The position numbers and the translations under genes are program-made. DNA of 32,000 nucleotides from Microcystis aeruginosa NIES-843. GTDB lineage: Bacteria > Cyanobacteriota > Cyanobacteriia > Cyanobacteriales > Microcystaceae. The first letter of the stretch is position 1, and every line of letters starts with the position of its first letter. Location of the stretch: positions 2,790,001-2,822,000 of the forward strand of contig NC_010296.1 of the NCBI RefSeq assembly GCF_000010625.1, written 5' to 3'. A model generated the notes under the pieces. The model worked only from the letters and a program-made list of their open reading frames with translations, did no database searches and had not been told where the DNA came from. Shown piece after piece: positions 20,577 to 30,700 of the stretch.

Positions 20577-20994
20577 AAAAAGAGGATTTATTTAGGGCTT
20601 GCTGAAAAAGTACGGGCGAAGCATTCGGATAGAAAATCTCCGGTTTCACCGATAGGTTATTGCCCGAATGCTTCGCCCCTACAGGACCCGGGCCGATGAA
20701 GACGCAAGGTTTTGAACGACGATTCTCTCAAAATCTTGCACCTGTTTCGCTCGTAAAGCCCCAAAACCCTTACTTTGCCTACATTTCACATTTATTCAGC
20801 AAGCCCTATTTATCTATCCCTATCCTTTAAATCCTCTCGATGTTATGTTTACCCATCCGGTGATTGGCTACGACGTGATTAATATGCCTCCCGTTAGTTT
20901 AATCCGTAATGTACGAATGCGCGGGGAATATTACCAAATAAGCGATCGCCCCGATCTGAAAATTCCCGTTCGATTGTCCTATCACTTCGGTTGA
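20577..20994 (+). pseudogene. csc1: 3' fragment of csc1 (about 200 bp), duplicated and interrupted by a MITE
   Basis: 20577-20594 plus 20807-20994 align to csc1 10773-10972 with about 10 substitutions, including the stop codon. Confidence 0.85.
20595..20806. mobile_element. about 212-bp MITE-like element
   Basis: Terminal inverted repeats GGGCTTGCTGAA...TTCAGCAAGCCC. Internal perfect 15-bp inverted repeat GGGCGAAGCATTCGG (20614-20628) / CCGAATGCTTCGCCC (20664-20678). Flanked by TATTTA on both sides. Absent from the intact csc1 at the homologous point. Confidence 0.75.
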
Positions 20995-21003
20995 AAATTG
21001 ACT

Positions 21004-21570
21004 ATGACTCTTATCTCTTCTAAACCCCTCACTTTACCGGAATTTCTCTCGCTAACCGATCCCGAGGGCGATATTACCTATGAATTAGTCGATGGAGAAG
21101 CGATCGCAAAAATGTCACCGAAATTCTTTCATTCTCGTTTAACTGGTGCTTTATTTCTCGTACTCGATCGCTGGAATCAAGGACGGGGAGAAGTGGGAAT
21201 CGAATGGGCGATCATTCTCAGCAAAAACGGTCGAGATTGGTGTCCGGTTCCCGATCTTCTCTACATTTCCCTGGAAAGGTTAGGAGATATTACCCTCACC
21301 GATGAAGCTTGTCCCGTTCCCCCGGAATTAGTCATCGAAATTATTTCTCCTGAACAATCCTTCAGCAGCCTGAGCGAAAAAGCCGTGGACTACCTAAAAG
21401 CGGGAGTCAGTCGCGTCTGGATCGTCGATCCCCGGGCCAAGCAGATCACGATTTTCTATCCCGACGCACCCCCGGCGATTAAAAAAGGCGATGACGAAAT
21501 TAGCGATATTCTCCTCCCCGATTTAACCCTAACTCCCAGACAAATTTTTGCCAAGGCCCGATTAAGTTAA
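21004..21570 (+). CDS. Uma2-family (DUF820) endonuclease, copy C
   Basis: 188 aa, nearly identical to copy B. The ATG at 21004 is preferred over the TTG at 20998. Confidence 0.8.
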   Translation: MTLISSKPLTLPEFLSLTDPEGDITYELVDGEAIAKMSPKFFHSRLTGALFLVLDRWNQGRGEVGIEWAIILSKNGRDWCPVPDLLYISLERLGDITLTDEACPVPPELVIEIISPEQSFSSLSEKAVDYLKAGVSRVWIVDPRAKQITIFYPDAPPAIKKGDDEISDILLPDLTLTPRQIFAKARLS

Positions 21571-21807
21571 GTAGGCAGGCGTTAAAAATCATCAGATGCC
21601 CCCCTTATTAAGGGGGATCCCCCCGCCTATCGGCACCCCCCTTATCAAGGGGGGCAGGGGGGATCGACACCCCCCTTATCAAGGGGGGCAGGGGGGATCG
21701 ACACCCCCCTTATCAAGGGGGGCAGGGGGGATCGACACCCCCCTTATCAAGGGGGGCAGGGGGGATCGAAGCTAAAATCCATTTTTAATTTAATTATAAC
21801 CAGCTAC
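21571..21807. mobile_element. 237-bp insertion between uma2 and cas6, flanked by TTAA
   Basis: Absent from the paralogous uma2/cas6 junction at 20482-20487. TTAA lies at 21567-21570 and 21808-21811. Confidence 0.6.
21634..21769. repeat. 4 perfect tandem copies of a 34-bp unit CACCCCCCTTATCAAGGGGGGCAGGGGGGATCGA
   Basis: Unit boundaries at 21634, 21668, 21702 and 21736. A degenerate unit precedes at 21595-21633. Each unit has a C6-TTATCAA-G6 hairpin plus an extra G6. Confidence 0.95.
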
Positions 21808-21810
21808 TTA

Positions 21811-22644
21811 ATGCCCTACAGTCTCGTTCTCAATCTCACCCCTCGATCGCCGATCTATCCGAATTTTCTCACCGGACGACACCTTCACGCGCTATTTCTT
21901 ACCCTTGTCAGTAGTGTTGATCAGGAATTAGGGAAAATTCTACACACAGCCGAGGCAGATAAAGCCTTCACCTTATCGCCACTACAGATGCAATCCGGGG
22001 GAAAAACGATAAATTCCCCGCAGTGGCGATACGAACGGCCAATCGCCCCAGAAACTCCCTGCTGGTGGCGGATTTCTCTGCTCGATGACCGATTATTCGG
22101 TAAATTAACCCCGCTCTGGTTGAATCTCAATCCAAAACACCCCTGGCATCTCGGTTCCGCCGATCTGGTTATCACCAGCGTCCTCGCCACCCCGCAATCG
22201 GTTCAACCCTGGGCGAACTCTTGTACTTATCAATACCTGTATGAAAACGCCTCGGAAACGAATCGGGAATTTGATTTCCTTTTCGCCACCCCCGTCACCT
22301 TCCGGCAGGGAAAATTCGATAGTGCCTTACCGACGCGGGAACTGGTGTTTAATAGCCTTCTCAATCGTTGGAATCGCTATAGCGCTATCCCCTTCGATTC
22401 CATCGTCCTAGAGTCGATTTTCCCTAGTTTCTTCGATATTCAAACGAAATTAGCCGACGAAGCCTATAAAAACCAGTCGTTCGGTTGTGTGGGCGAGATT
22501 CACTATCGTCTTTTGGGAGAGGTGGAACCCGCAAAGATTAAAGCGATTAATGTACTGGCGGATTTTGCCCTCTACGCGGGAGTGGGACGGAAAACCACCA
22601 TGGGAATGGGGATGACTCGCAGAATTGCTAAGGAGAAAAGATAG
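21811..22644 (+). CDS. cas6: Cas6 crRNA endoribonuclease
   Basis: 277 aa. C-terminal glycine-rich loop 'GVGRKTTMGMGMT'. Position before cas4-cas1-cas2. Confidence 0.85.
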   Translation: MPYSLVLNLTPRSPIYPNFLTGRHLHALFLTLVSSVDQELGKILHTAEADKAFTLSPLQMQSGGKTINSPQWRYERPIAPETPCWWRISLLDDRLFGKLTPLWLNLNPKHPWHLGSADLVITSVLATPQSVQPWANSCTYQYLYENASETNREFDFLFATPVTFRQGKFDSALPTRELVFNSLLNRWNRYSAIPFDSIVLESIFPSFFDIQTKLADEAYKNQSFGCVGEIHYRLLGEVEPAKIKAINVLADFALYAGVGRKTTMGMGMTRRIAKEKR

Positions 22645-22646
22645 CC

Positions 22647-23240
22647 ATGGATGAATCTGATTACATACCGATCGCCGCTCTCAACCATTACGCCTACTGT
22701 CCCCACCGTTGTTGGAGAATGTTCGTCGCCGGGGAATTTCTCGATAATAGCTACACGATCGAGGGAACAAATTTACACGAGCGAGTTCACACCGTCGGGG
22801 CGGCAAACCGGGAGGAAATATGGCAAATACGGGCGATCTGGCTTAAATCAGATAATTACCGTCTCATCGGTAAAGCCGATCTGATCGAGTCCCACGACGG
22901 CGAATTTATCCCCGTGGAATACAAACGGGGCAGTAAAGGCGAATGGGATAACGACGAGTTGCAGGTGTGCGCTCAAGCCATCTGTTTGGAAGAAATGACT
23001 GGAAAAAGGCTAGATACCGGCTATATCTACTATGCCAGTTCTCACCAGCGTCAACCGGTGGCGATCGATCTTGCTCTACGGCAACGGGCGATCGCTACGA
23101 TCCGAGCAATTGAAACCCTGATCCAGACGGGAAAAATGCCCCCGGCGGTCTATTCACCCCGCTGCAAGGGATGCAGTTTGTTCGATCGCTGCTTGCCCCG
23201 ATTAACCGAAAAAGTCCAACGATATCGAGAGGAAGACTAA
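22647..23240 (+). CDS. cas4: Cas4 (RecB-like nuclease with Fe-S cysteines)
   Basis: 197 aa. N-terminal 'YAYCPHRCW', 'DLIE...EYKRG', C-terminal 'CKGCSLFDRC'. Confidence 0.9.
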   Translation: MDESDYIPIAALNHYAYCPHRCWRMFVAGEFLDNSYTIEGTNLHERVHTVGAANREEIWQIRAIWLKSDNYRLIGKADLIESHDGEFIPVEYKRGSKGEWDNDELQVCAQAICLEEMTGKRLDTGYIYYASSHQRQPVAIDLALRQRAIATIRAIETLIQTGKMPPAVYSPRCKGCSLFDRCLPRLTEKVQRYREED

Positions 23241-23245
23241 AAAAT

Positions 23246-24250
23246 ATGGGAACGGTATATGTGACGAGAGAAGACGCATTTCTCGGCAAAAATGACGAGC
23301 GTTTAACGGTTAAAGCATCCAAGGAAACGATCCTCGATGTACCTCTATTGAACGTGGAAGGAGTGGTGATTTTCGGACGGGGTTCAGTTTCTCCCGCATT
23401 GGTGATCGAATTGTTGGAACGTCATATTCCCCTGAGTTTTGTCACTGCCACGGGAAAATATCTCGGTAGATTGGAGCCGGAGATGACCAAAAATATTTTC
23501 GTTCGTCGAGCGCAATGGCAGGCCGCCGGCGATTCTCCGAAAGCCATTCATTTAGTGCGGGGATTCGTCCGCGGCAAGCTGAAGAATTACCGCAACATTC
23601 TACTCCGTCGTCAACGCGATCGAAAGGAGTTGGATTTACAAACGGCGATCGCTTGTTTGGAAGCAGCGATCGGCTCGATCGAAACAACCTCGGCGATCGA
23701 TTCTCTCCGGGGGTTAGAGGGAGCGGGAAGCGCAGCCTATTTCAGTTGTTTTGATTCCTTAATTCTCGGTGATACTTTTACCTTTGCCTCGCGTAACCGT
23801 CGCCCCCCGCGAGATCCGGTCAATTCTCTTTTGAGTCTGGGTTATGCGTTATTGCGCCATGACGTGCAGAGTGCGATCAATTTGGTCGGTTTTGACCCCT
23901 ATCTCGGTTATCTTCACTATCAACGCTACGGTCGCCCCTCGCTGGCACTAGATCTGATGGAAGAATTTAGAGCGATCGTCGTTGATGCCGTGGTTCTCAA
24001 TGGGGTCAATCATCCTTATCTTACCCCCGAACATTTCACCACCGAACCCTTAAGCGGTGCGGTTTCCTTGACGAGAGAAGGTTTACAGATTTTCCTGCGC
24101 TTGTACGAACAGAAGAAACAATCGAAGTTTAAGCATCCAGTAATGGGTAAACAGTGTACTTATCAAGAAGCTTTCGAGATTCAGGCCCGACTAATGGCGA
24201 AATATCTGATGGATGAGACGGATAAGTATCCACCCTTGATTTTAAAGTAG
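23246..24250 (+). CDS. cas1: Cas1 integrase
   Basis: 334 aa from the ATG at 23246 (MGTVYVTREDAFLG...), just after the cas4 stop. 'NSLLSLGYALL' and 'GYLH' blocks are typical of Cas1. Confidence 0.9.
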   Translation: MGTVYVTREDAFLGKNDERLTVKASKETILDVPLLNVEGVVIFGRGSVSPALVIELLERHIPLSFVTATGKYLGRLEPEMTKNIFVRRAQWQAAGDSPKAIHLVRGFVRGKLKNYRNILLRRQRDRKELDLQTAIACLEAAIGSIETTSAIDSLRGLEGAGSAAYFSCFDSLILGDTFTFASRNRRPPRDPVNSLLSLGYALLRHDVQSAINLVGFDPYLGYLHYQRYGRPSLALDLMEEFRAIVVDAVVLNGVNHPYLTPEHFTTEPLSGAVSLTREGLQIFLRLYEQKKQSKFKHPVMGKQCTYQEAFEIQARLMAKYLMDETDKYPPLILK

Positions 24251-24262
24251 ATAGAGGCGGTC

Positions 24263-24535
24263 ATGTATTTTGTTGTCAGTTACGACATTTCCGATGATAA
24301 GCGACGAACCAAAATTCACAATACGTTAAAGTCCTACGGCCAACGGGTGCAGTATAGTGTTTTTGAGTGCGATCTAACCGATACCCAGTACGCTAAGCTG
24401 CGCGGGCGCTTGAGTAAGTTGATCAAACCCGATACCGATAGCATCCGCTTTTATTTTCTCTGCGCCTGTTGTCGGGGTAAAGTGGAACGCATCGGTGGTG
24501 AGTTACCCCGGGATAATACAATTTTTTTTGTTTAG
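24263..24535 (+). CDS. cas2: Cas2
   Basis: 90 aa. 'MYFVVSYDISDDKRRTKIHNTLKSYGQRVQYSVFEC' is a typical Cas2 N-terminus. Confidence 0.9.
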   Translation: MYFVVSYDISDDKRRTKIHNTLKSYGQRVQYSVFECDLTDTQYAKLRGRLSKLIKPDTDSIRFYFLCACCRGKVERIGGELPRDNTIFFV

Positions 24536-24670
24536 CTCGGTTGCGCTTCCGGGTAGCTGTAAAAATCCTTAACTATTATCTGGTGGCTGAAAAGCTTATG
24601 CAATATAGATTCGAGATGATTTTCCTTTCCAACGCGGGGCGCACCTTATCCCGTAAGGTTTTGCGGGGTC

Positions 24671-24699
24671 TTGAAGAACTGGGTCACTTGCTGTATGAT
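24671..24699 (+). promoter_or_regulatory. candidate array promoter within the leader (-35 TTGAAG, 17 nt, -10 TATGAT)
   Basis: Hexamers at 24671-24676 and 24694-24699, about 70 nt upstream of the first repeat. The leader spans 24536-24768. Confidence 0.4.
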
Positions 24700-24768
24700 T
24701 GGTTTATTGCGGGTGCGGCGCATACGAACCTTGAAAATCCCATAACGTATAGCTTTTACCACTGGGCG

Positions 24769-27700
24769 GTTCCAATTAATCTTAAACCCTATTAGGGATT
24801 GAAACTTCAGAATTCGACACAATTATTGCTATAAAAAATGATAGCGTTCCAATTAATCTTAAACCCTATTAGGGATTGAAACATGGATTTTACATGGGAT
24901 GAAGAAAAATCAAAATTGTTCCAATTAATCTTAAACCCTATTAGGGATTGAAACCATGAAGGATACCAGATAGAACGTAACGATGGGACGGTTCCAATTA
25001 ATCTTAAACCCTATTAGGGATTGAAACCAATGGCAAGTGGAGAGGGGTGTTTATGATTTAAAGTTCCAATTAATCTTAAACCCTATTAGGGATTGAAACG
25101 AGAGATTGCCTTGATCGGAATGTTACCTCATCAATGTTCCAATTAATCTTAAACCCTATTAGGGATTGAAACAACTTAATCCTCTAAAAAATCATGAGAG
25201 TCATAGAGTTCCAATTAATCTTAAACCCTATTAGGGATTGAAACGGAGAATATCGGTATCTCTGAGGGTGCGTTGCGGGGGTTCCAATTAATCTTAAACC
25301 CTATTAGGGATTGAAACGTGGTGAATGTGAGACTGCAAGTGGATAGGGAGCCGTTCCAATTAATCTTAAACCCTATTAGGGATTGAAACTTGCCTTAGCC
25401 AACTTCCGTAATTCGTTAATTCCTGTTCCAATTAATCTTAAACCCTATTAGGGATTGAAACCCCCCAATAGCCTTTCTTGGCTAATTTGAGGGCTTGTTC
25501 CAATTAATCTTAAACCCTATTAGGGATTGAAACAGAAATGTGTCGAATTGGGCAGTTTATTGACCTAGTTCCAATTAATCTTAAACCCTATTAGGGATTG
25601 AAACACAACAATATCTTCAGAATTAGTCAAAGGATGATCCCGTTCCAATTAATCTTAAACCCTATTAGGGATTGAAACTAATCACTTTTATTGCTGACTT
25701 TGCTGTACATCTTGTTCCAATTAATCTTAAACCCTATTAGGGATTGAAACGATGCTTTATAGGGAGGAGAGAAAAATAAAAAAAGAGTTCCAATTAATCT
25801 TAAACCCTATTAGGGATTGAAACTCCTATGGATGGGCATCGGAGGGTATTAGCTTGGTGTTCCAATTAATCTTAAACCCTATTAGGGATTGAAACTCGAT
25901 TAATCATCCTAAAGATATCGGCAGAACCGGTTCCAATTAATCTTAAACCCTATTAGGGATTGAAACCTCTACTACTCCATCTACCCAATAAAAAACCCGG
26001 TTCCAATTAATCTTAAACCCTATTAGGGATTGAAACAAGACTAGGAACATCAGCATAAGTTGAAAACAAAGTTCCAATTAATCTTAAACCCTATTAGGGA
26101 TTGAAACTTGGCACTTAAGAAAGGAACCCAAGATTTAAGCGTGTTCCAATTAATCTTAAACCCTATTAGGGATTGAAACCCAAACACTAGCTTTTACAAA
26201 GCAACCAGCTCGTGTTCCAATTAATCTTAAACCCTATTAGGGATTGAAACAAGCATGGAAAAACTAAGCGAGTTAACATCAGAATGTTCCAATTAATCTT
26301 AAACCCTATTAGGGATTGAAACAACCCTGATTCTAATGCAAGAGAATTGACTTCTAGTTCCAATTAATCTTAAACCCTATTAGGGATTGAAACCGGCATT
26401 CTCTATCGGCGCGTCTCCGATAGACTCGTTCCAATTAATCTTAAACCCTATTAGGGATTGAAACTCAGGATTCGGTCCTGTGTAGTGACATCTATAGTTG
26501 TTCCAATTAATCTTAAACCCTATTAGGGATTGAAACAAATTTAGTTTTGACTGCAATTAATACTATCTCATCGTTCCAATTAATCTTAAACCCTATTAGG
26601 GATTGAAACACCTGAGAAAGCACGCTGGCGGGCGAGGAAATATAGTTCCAATTAATCTTAAACCCTATTAGGGATTGAAACCTAAAATTACTAGAAGGGG
26701 GCGTGGTATGATTAGGTTCCAATTAATCTTAAACCCTATTAGGGATTGAAACCGAAATTTTACTCGAAAAGCGTCGATTACTACCGGGTTCCAATTAATC
26801 TTAAACCCTATTAGGGATTGAAACAATGGTTTGCATAATCCTAATTGCTACATCTCCCGTTCCAATTAATCTTAAACCCTATTAGGGATTGAAACGATGC
26901 CATTGGTGAGCCGTCTTTATCTGATGATGAAAGGGTTCCAATTAATCTTAAACCCTATTAGGGATTGAAACCTTATCCCTTAGCGAAAAAAAGCAGATTG
27001 CCTCTTGTTCCAATTAATCTTAAACCCTATTAGGGATTGAAACCCAAAACAGCCATGGCATACTCGATGATGTCCAGGCTGTTCCAATTAATCTTAAACC
27101 CTATTAGGGATTGAAACGTTTTTTAGCACCCAATCAAACCAACAACACGCAAAGGTTCCAATTAATCTTAAACCCTATTAGGGATTGAAACATTATACTC
27201 CCTAAAGCAGCTAAATTGTTTCCCGCCGGTTCCAATTAATCTTAAACCCTATTAGGGATTGAAACGTGCTAAGACTAATACTGCATATTATTTTGGAGAT
27301 GGTTCCAATTAATCTTAAACCCTATTAGGGATTGAAACGGGATTGTTTTCTTTTGGGATCGAGTTCTCGAGTTCCAATTAATCTTAAACCCTATTAGGGA
27401 TTGAAACTGATAAATTGGCATCTCTTTTAAATCTTGCTACTGTTCCAATTAATCTTAAACCCTATTAGGGATTGAAACCATCAGGCGATTTCAAAACTAC
27501 GCGAATTGGAAGGTTCCAATTAATCTTAAACCCTATTAGGGATTGAAACATCCACTGCCCGACCCTGGGGACAATCCATACTAAGGTTCCAATTAATCTT
27601 AAACCCTATTAGGGATTGAAACAATCTTTCGCGAAACAGCATCGCTAACTTAAATGGGTTCCAATTAATCTTAAACCCTATTAGGGATTGAAACACAAGC

Positions 27701-30700
27701 CTACAAATCGAACACCTACCCCTGCCCCGTTCCAATTAATCTTAAACCCTATTAGGGATTGAAACTTGCTTGATAGAATCGTGGTACAAAAAAGCAACCA
27801 GTTCCAATTAATCTTAAACCCTATTAGGGATTGAAACTTTTTTAATAATCAGATTAAGCCTAATTTAACCGAGTTCCAATTAATCTTAAACCCTATTAGG
27901 GATTGAAACTTGGATAAGGCTGAGACCCGCATAGCCGATCGCGTTCCAATTAATCTTAAACCCTATTAGGGATTGAAACACGATAATTGCTGAATCCCAA
28001 TCCTCACGAATTTTGTTCCAATTAATCTTAAACCCTATTAGGGATTGAAACTAAATGTTATTAATTGGGCGTTAGAGAAAGCACAAGTTCCAATTAATCT
28101 TAAACCCTATTAGGGATTGAAACCGATTTCCCCAAAAATACGATCTTCTTTGTTTAGGGTTCCAATTAATCTTAAACCCTATTAGGGATTGAAACTTTGA
28201 TTGGAATTGATACTCAATTTCTCTTTCTCGTTCCAATTAATCTTAAACCCTATTAGGGATTGAAACCAATTTTCCCTAAAACAACATCTCGATCATGATT
28301 CGTTCCAATTAATCTTAAACCCTATTAGGGATTGAAACGGGCTTAACGCGATCGGGTTCCTAACCGACTTTCAGTTCCAATTAATCTTAAACCCTATTAG
28401 GGATTGAAACAAAGTTGCATTCTGAAAGTCTAAAATCTCATTGCCGTTCCAATTAATCTTAAACCCTATTAGGGATTGAAACAAAGGAATTTTAACAGGG
28501 GGATACATTTGTTACTAGGTTCCAATTAATCTTAAACCCTATTAGGGATTGAAACGTGATCAAGATTAATCGACCGGGGAATTAAATTAGCGTTCCAATT
28601 AATCTTAAACCCTATTAGGGATTGAAACTCAGACTAACTCCGAAGGGAGTCTTGGGGAAAAAGTTCCAATTAATCTTAAACCCTATTAGGGATTGAAACA
28701 AGTTCCAATGGTACGAAACAGCCTGGGCAGACCGTTCCAATTAATCTTAAACCCTATTAGGGATTGAAACAACGATTTTAAGGATTCCGGGGATGCAGTC
28801 TCGCTCGTTCCAATTAATCTTAAACCCTATTAGGGATTGAAACATTCTAACTTAAACTCAAGAAAAATCAATAAACAGTTCCAATTAATCTTAAACCCTA
28901 TTAGGGATTGAAACCCCCTCATCTTGAATTGATAGCAGCGACGCATCATTGTTCCAATTAATCTTAAACCCTATTAGGGATTGAAACTCCACAACGACGA
29001 CGACCCCTTAACAGCATAAATCGTTCCAATTAATCTTAAACCCTATTAGGGATTGAAACTCGATTACTTCTAAAACTTGAGACGCTCTGCTAGGGTTCCA
29101 ATTAATCTTAAACCCTATTAGGGATTGAAACAGGCAAGTCTTAGCCAAAGTTCTTAAACTACTATCGTTCCAATTAATCTTAAACCCTATTAGGGATTGA
29201 AACTCGGAAAATAATCTTGATGTGACTCTTGATGCCCGTTCCAATTAATCTTAAACCCTATTAGGGATTGAAACGTTAAAGATTTAATAGGCATTGTTTT
29301 TACTCCTAAGTTCCAATTAATCTTAAACCCTATTAGGGATTGAAACCCATCGTAAATTCTGACTGCATAGCTATCTAATTGTTCCAATTAATCTTAAACC
29401 CTATTAGGGATTGAAACTTGTAAAAATTATCTACATAAATCATCAAAGTTCCTGTTCCAATTAATCTTAAACCCTATTAGGGATTGAAACCCAAAACTAC
29501 AGCGACCCTACTGGTAACTTCCTGAGTTCCAATTAATCTTAAACCCTATTAGGGATTGAAACTGCTGAATGAACTTATATATTGTGATGCCTCTAGAGTT
29601 CCAATTAATCTTAAACCCTATTAGGGATTGAAACGTAATACCTTGAAAGAGCTAGAGTAGTAATCTATAGTTCCAATTAATCTTAAACCCTATTAGGGAT
29701 TGAAACTGTAAGTCACCCCATCATCATTGTTCCCACTACCAGGTTCCAATTAATCTTAAACCCTATTAGGGATTGAAACTTCCGTGAATATTTATACTTA
29801 CATTCACAGACTCGTTCCAATTAATCTTAAACCCTATTAGGGATTGAAACGTTTTTAGGAATGATGCCTGCCGTGGCAATGTCTGTTCCAATTAATCTTA
29901 AACCCTATTAGGGATTGAAACGTCTATAGGAGTATCTGGTAAATACCCTACTCCCTGGTTCCAATTAATCTTAAACCCTATTAGGGATTGAAACTTCCCT
30001 ATATCGCTTCTTTGAGCGGGGAGATTTAATTGTTCCAATTAATCTTAAACCCTATTAGGGATTGAAACGTAATTCAGGCAAAAACTTCGGTTTTTGTTCA
30101 AGTTCCAATTAATCTTAAACCCTATTAGGGATTGAAACTAAATATTCTTAGTTTTAATCCTCAGGCAAACCCGTTCCAATTAATCTTAAACCCTATTAGG
30201 GATTGAAACAGTTAATAGTGGCTAGAGGAGTAGGATTAAATTGGCGTTCCAATTAATCTTAAACCCTATTAGGGATTGAAACTTAAAAGCAGGTAGTTTT
30301 AACTACCTGCTTGATTGTTCCAATTAATCTTAAACCCTATTAGGGATTGAAACTTGTGATCGACCTTTGCCTGCTTGCCAAGCTCTCGATCGTTCCAATT
30401 AATCTTAAACCCTATTAGGGATTGAAACCTTCTACCCGCAATAATAGCGCTTCGATCTCTTGGTTCCAATTAATCTTAAACCCTATTAGGGATTGAAACT
30501 TTGCTGTGGACTATAAGGGTCGCAACGCTCGATCCGTTCCAATTAATCTTAAACCCTATTAGGGATTGAAACATTGACAGATTACAGTGGGCTGAAACCC
30601 ACCGGGTTCCAATTAATCTTAAACCCTATTAGGGATTGAAACGCATTGGCAGATTTATTCAAATTAGCGATCGCATTGTTCCAATTAATCTTAAACCCTA

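Noticed and set aside
23171-23245. Upstream extension of cas1 (track start 23171)
   Set aside because: It would overlap cas4 by 70 nt. The ATG at 23246 follows the cas4 stop and gives the typical Cas1 N-terminus MGTVYVT.
24541-24795. 84-aa plus-strand ORF after cas2
   Set aside because: It lies in the CRISPR leader and runs into the first repeat. It has no SD and no recognisable motif, and it overlaps the candidate array promoter.
28702-28709. Spacer beginning AAGTTCCAATGG that mimics the repeat 5' end
   Set aside because: Only 8 nt (GTTCCAAT) match and the rest diverges. The period and flanking repeats are normal, so it is an ordinary spacer.
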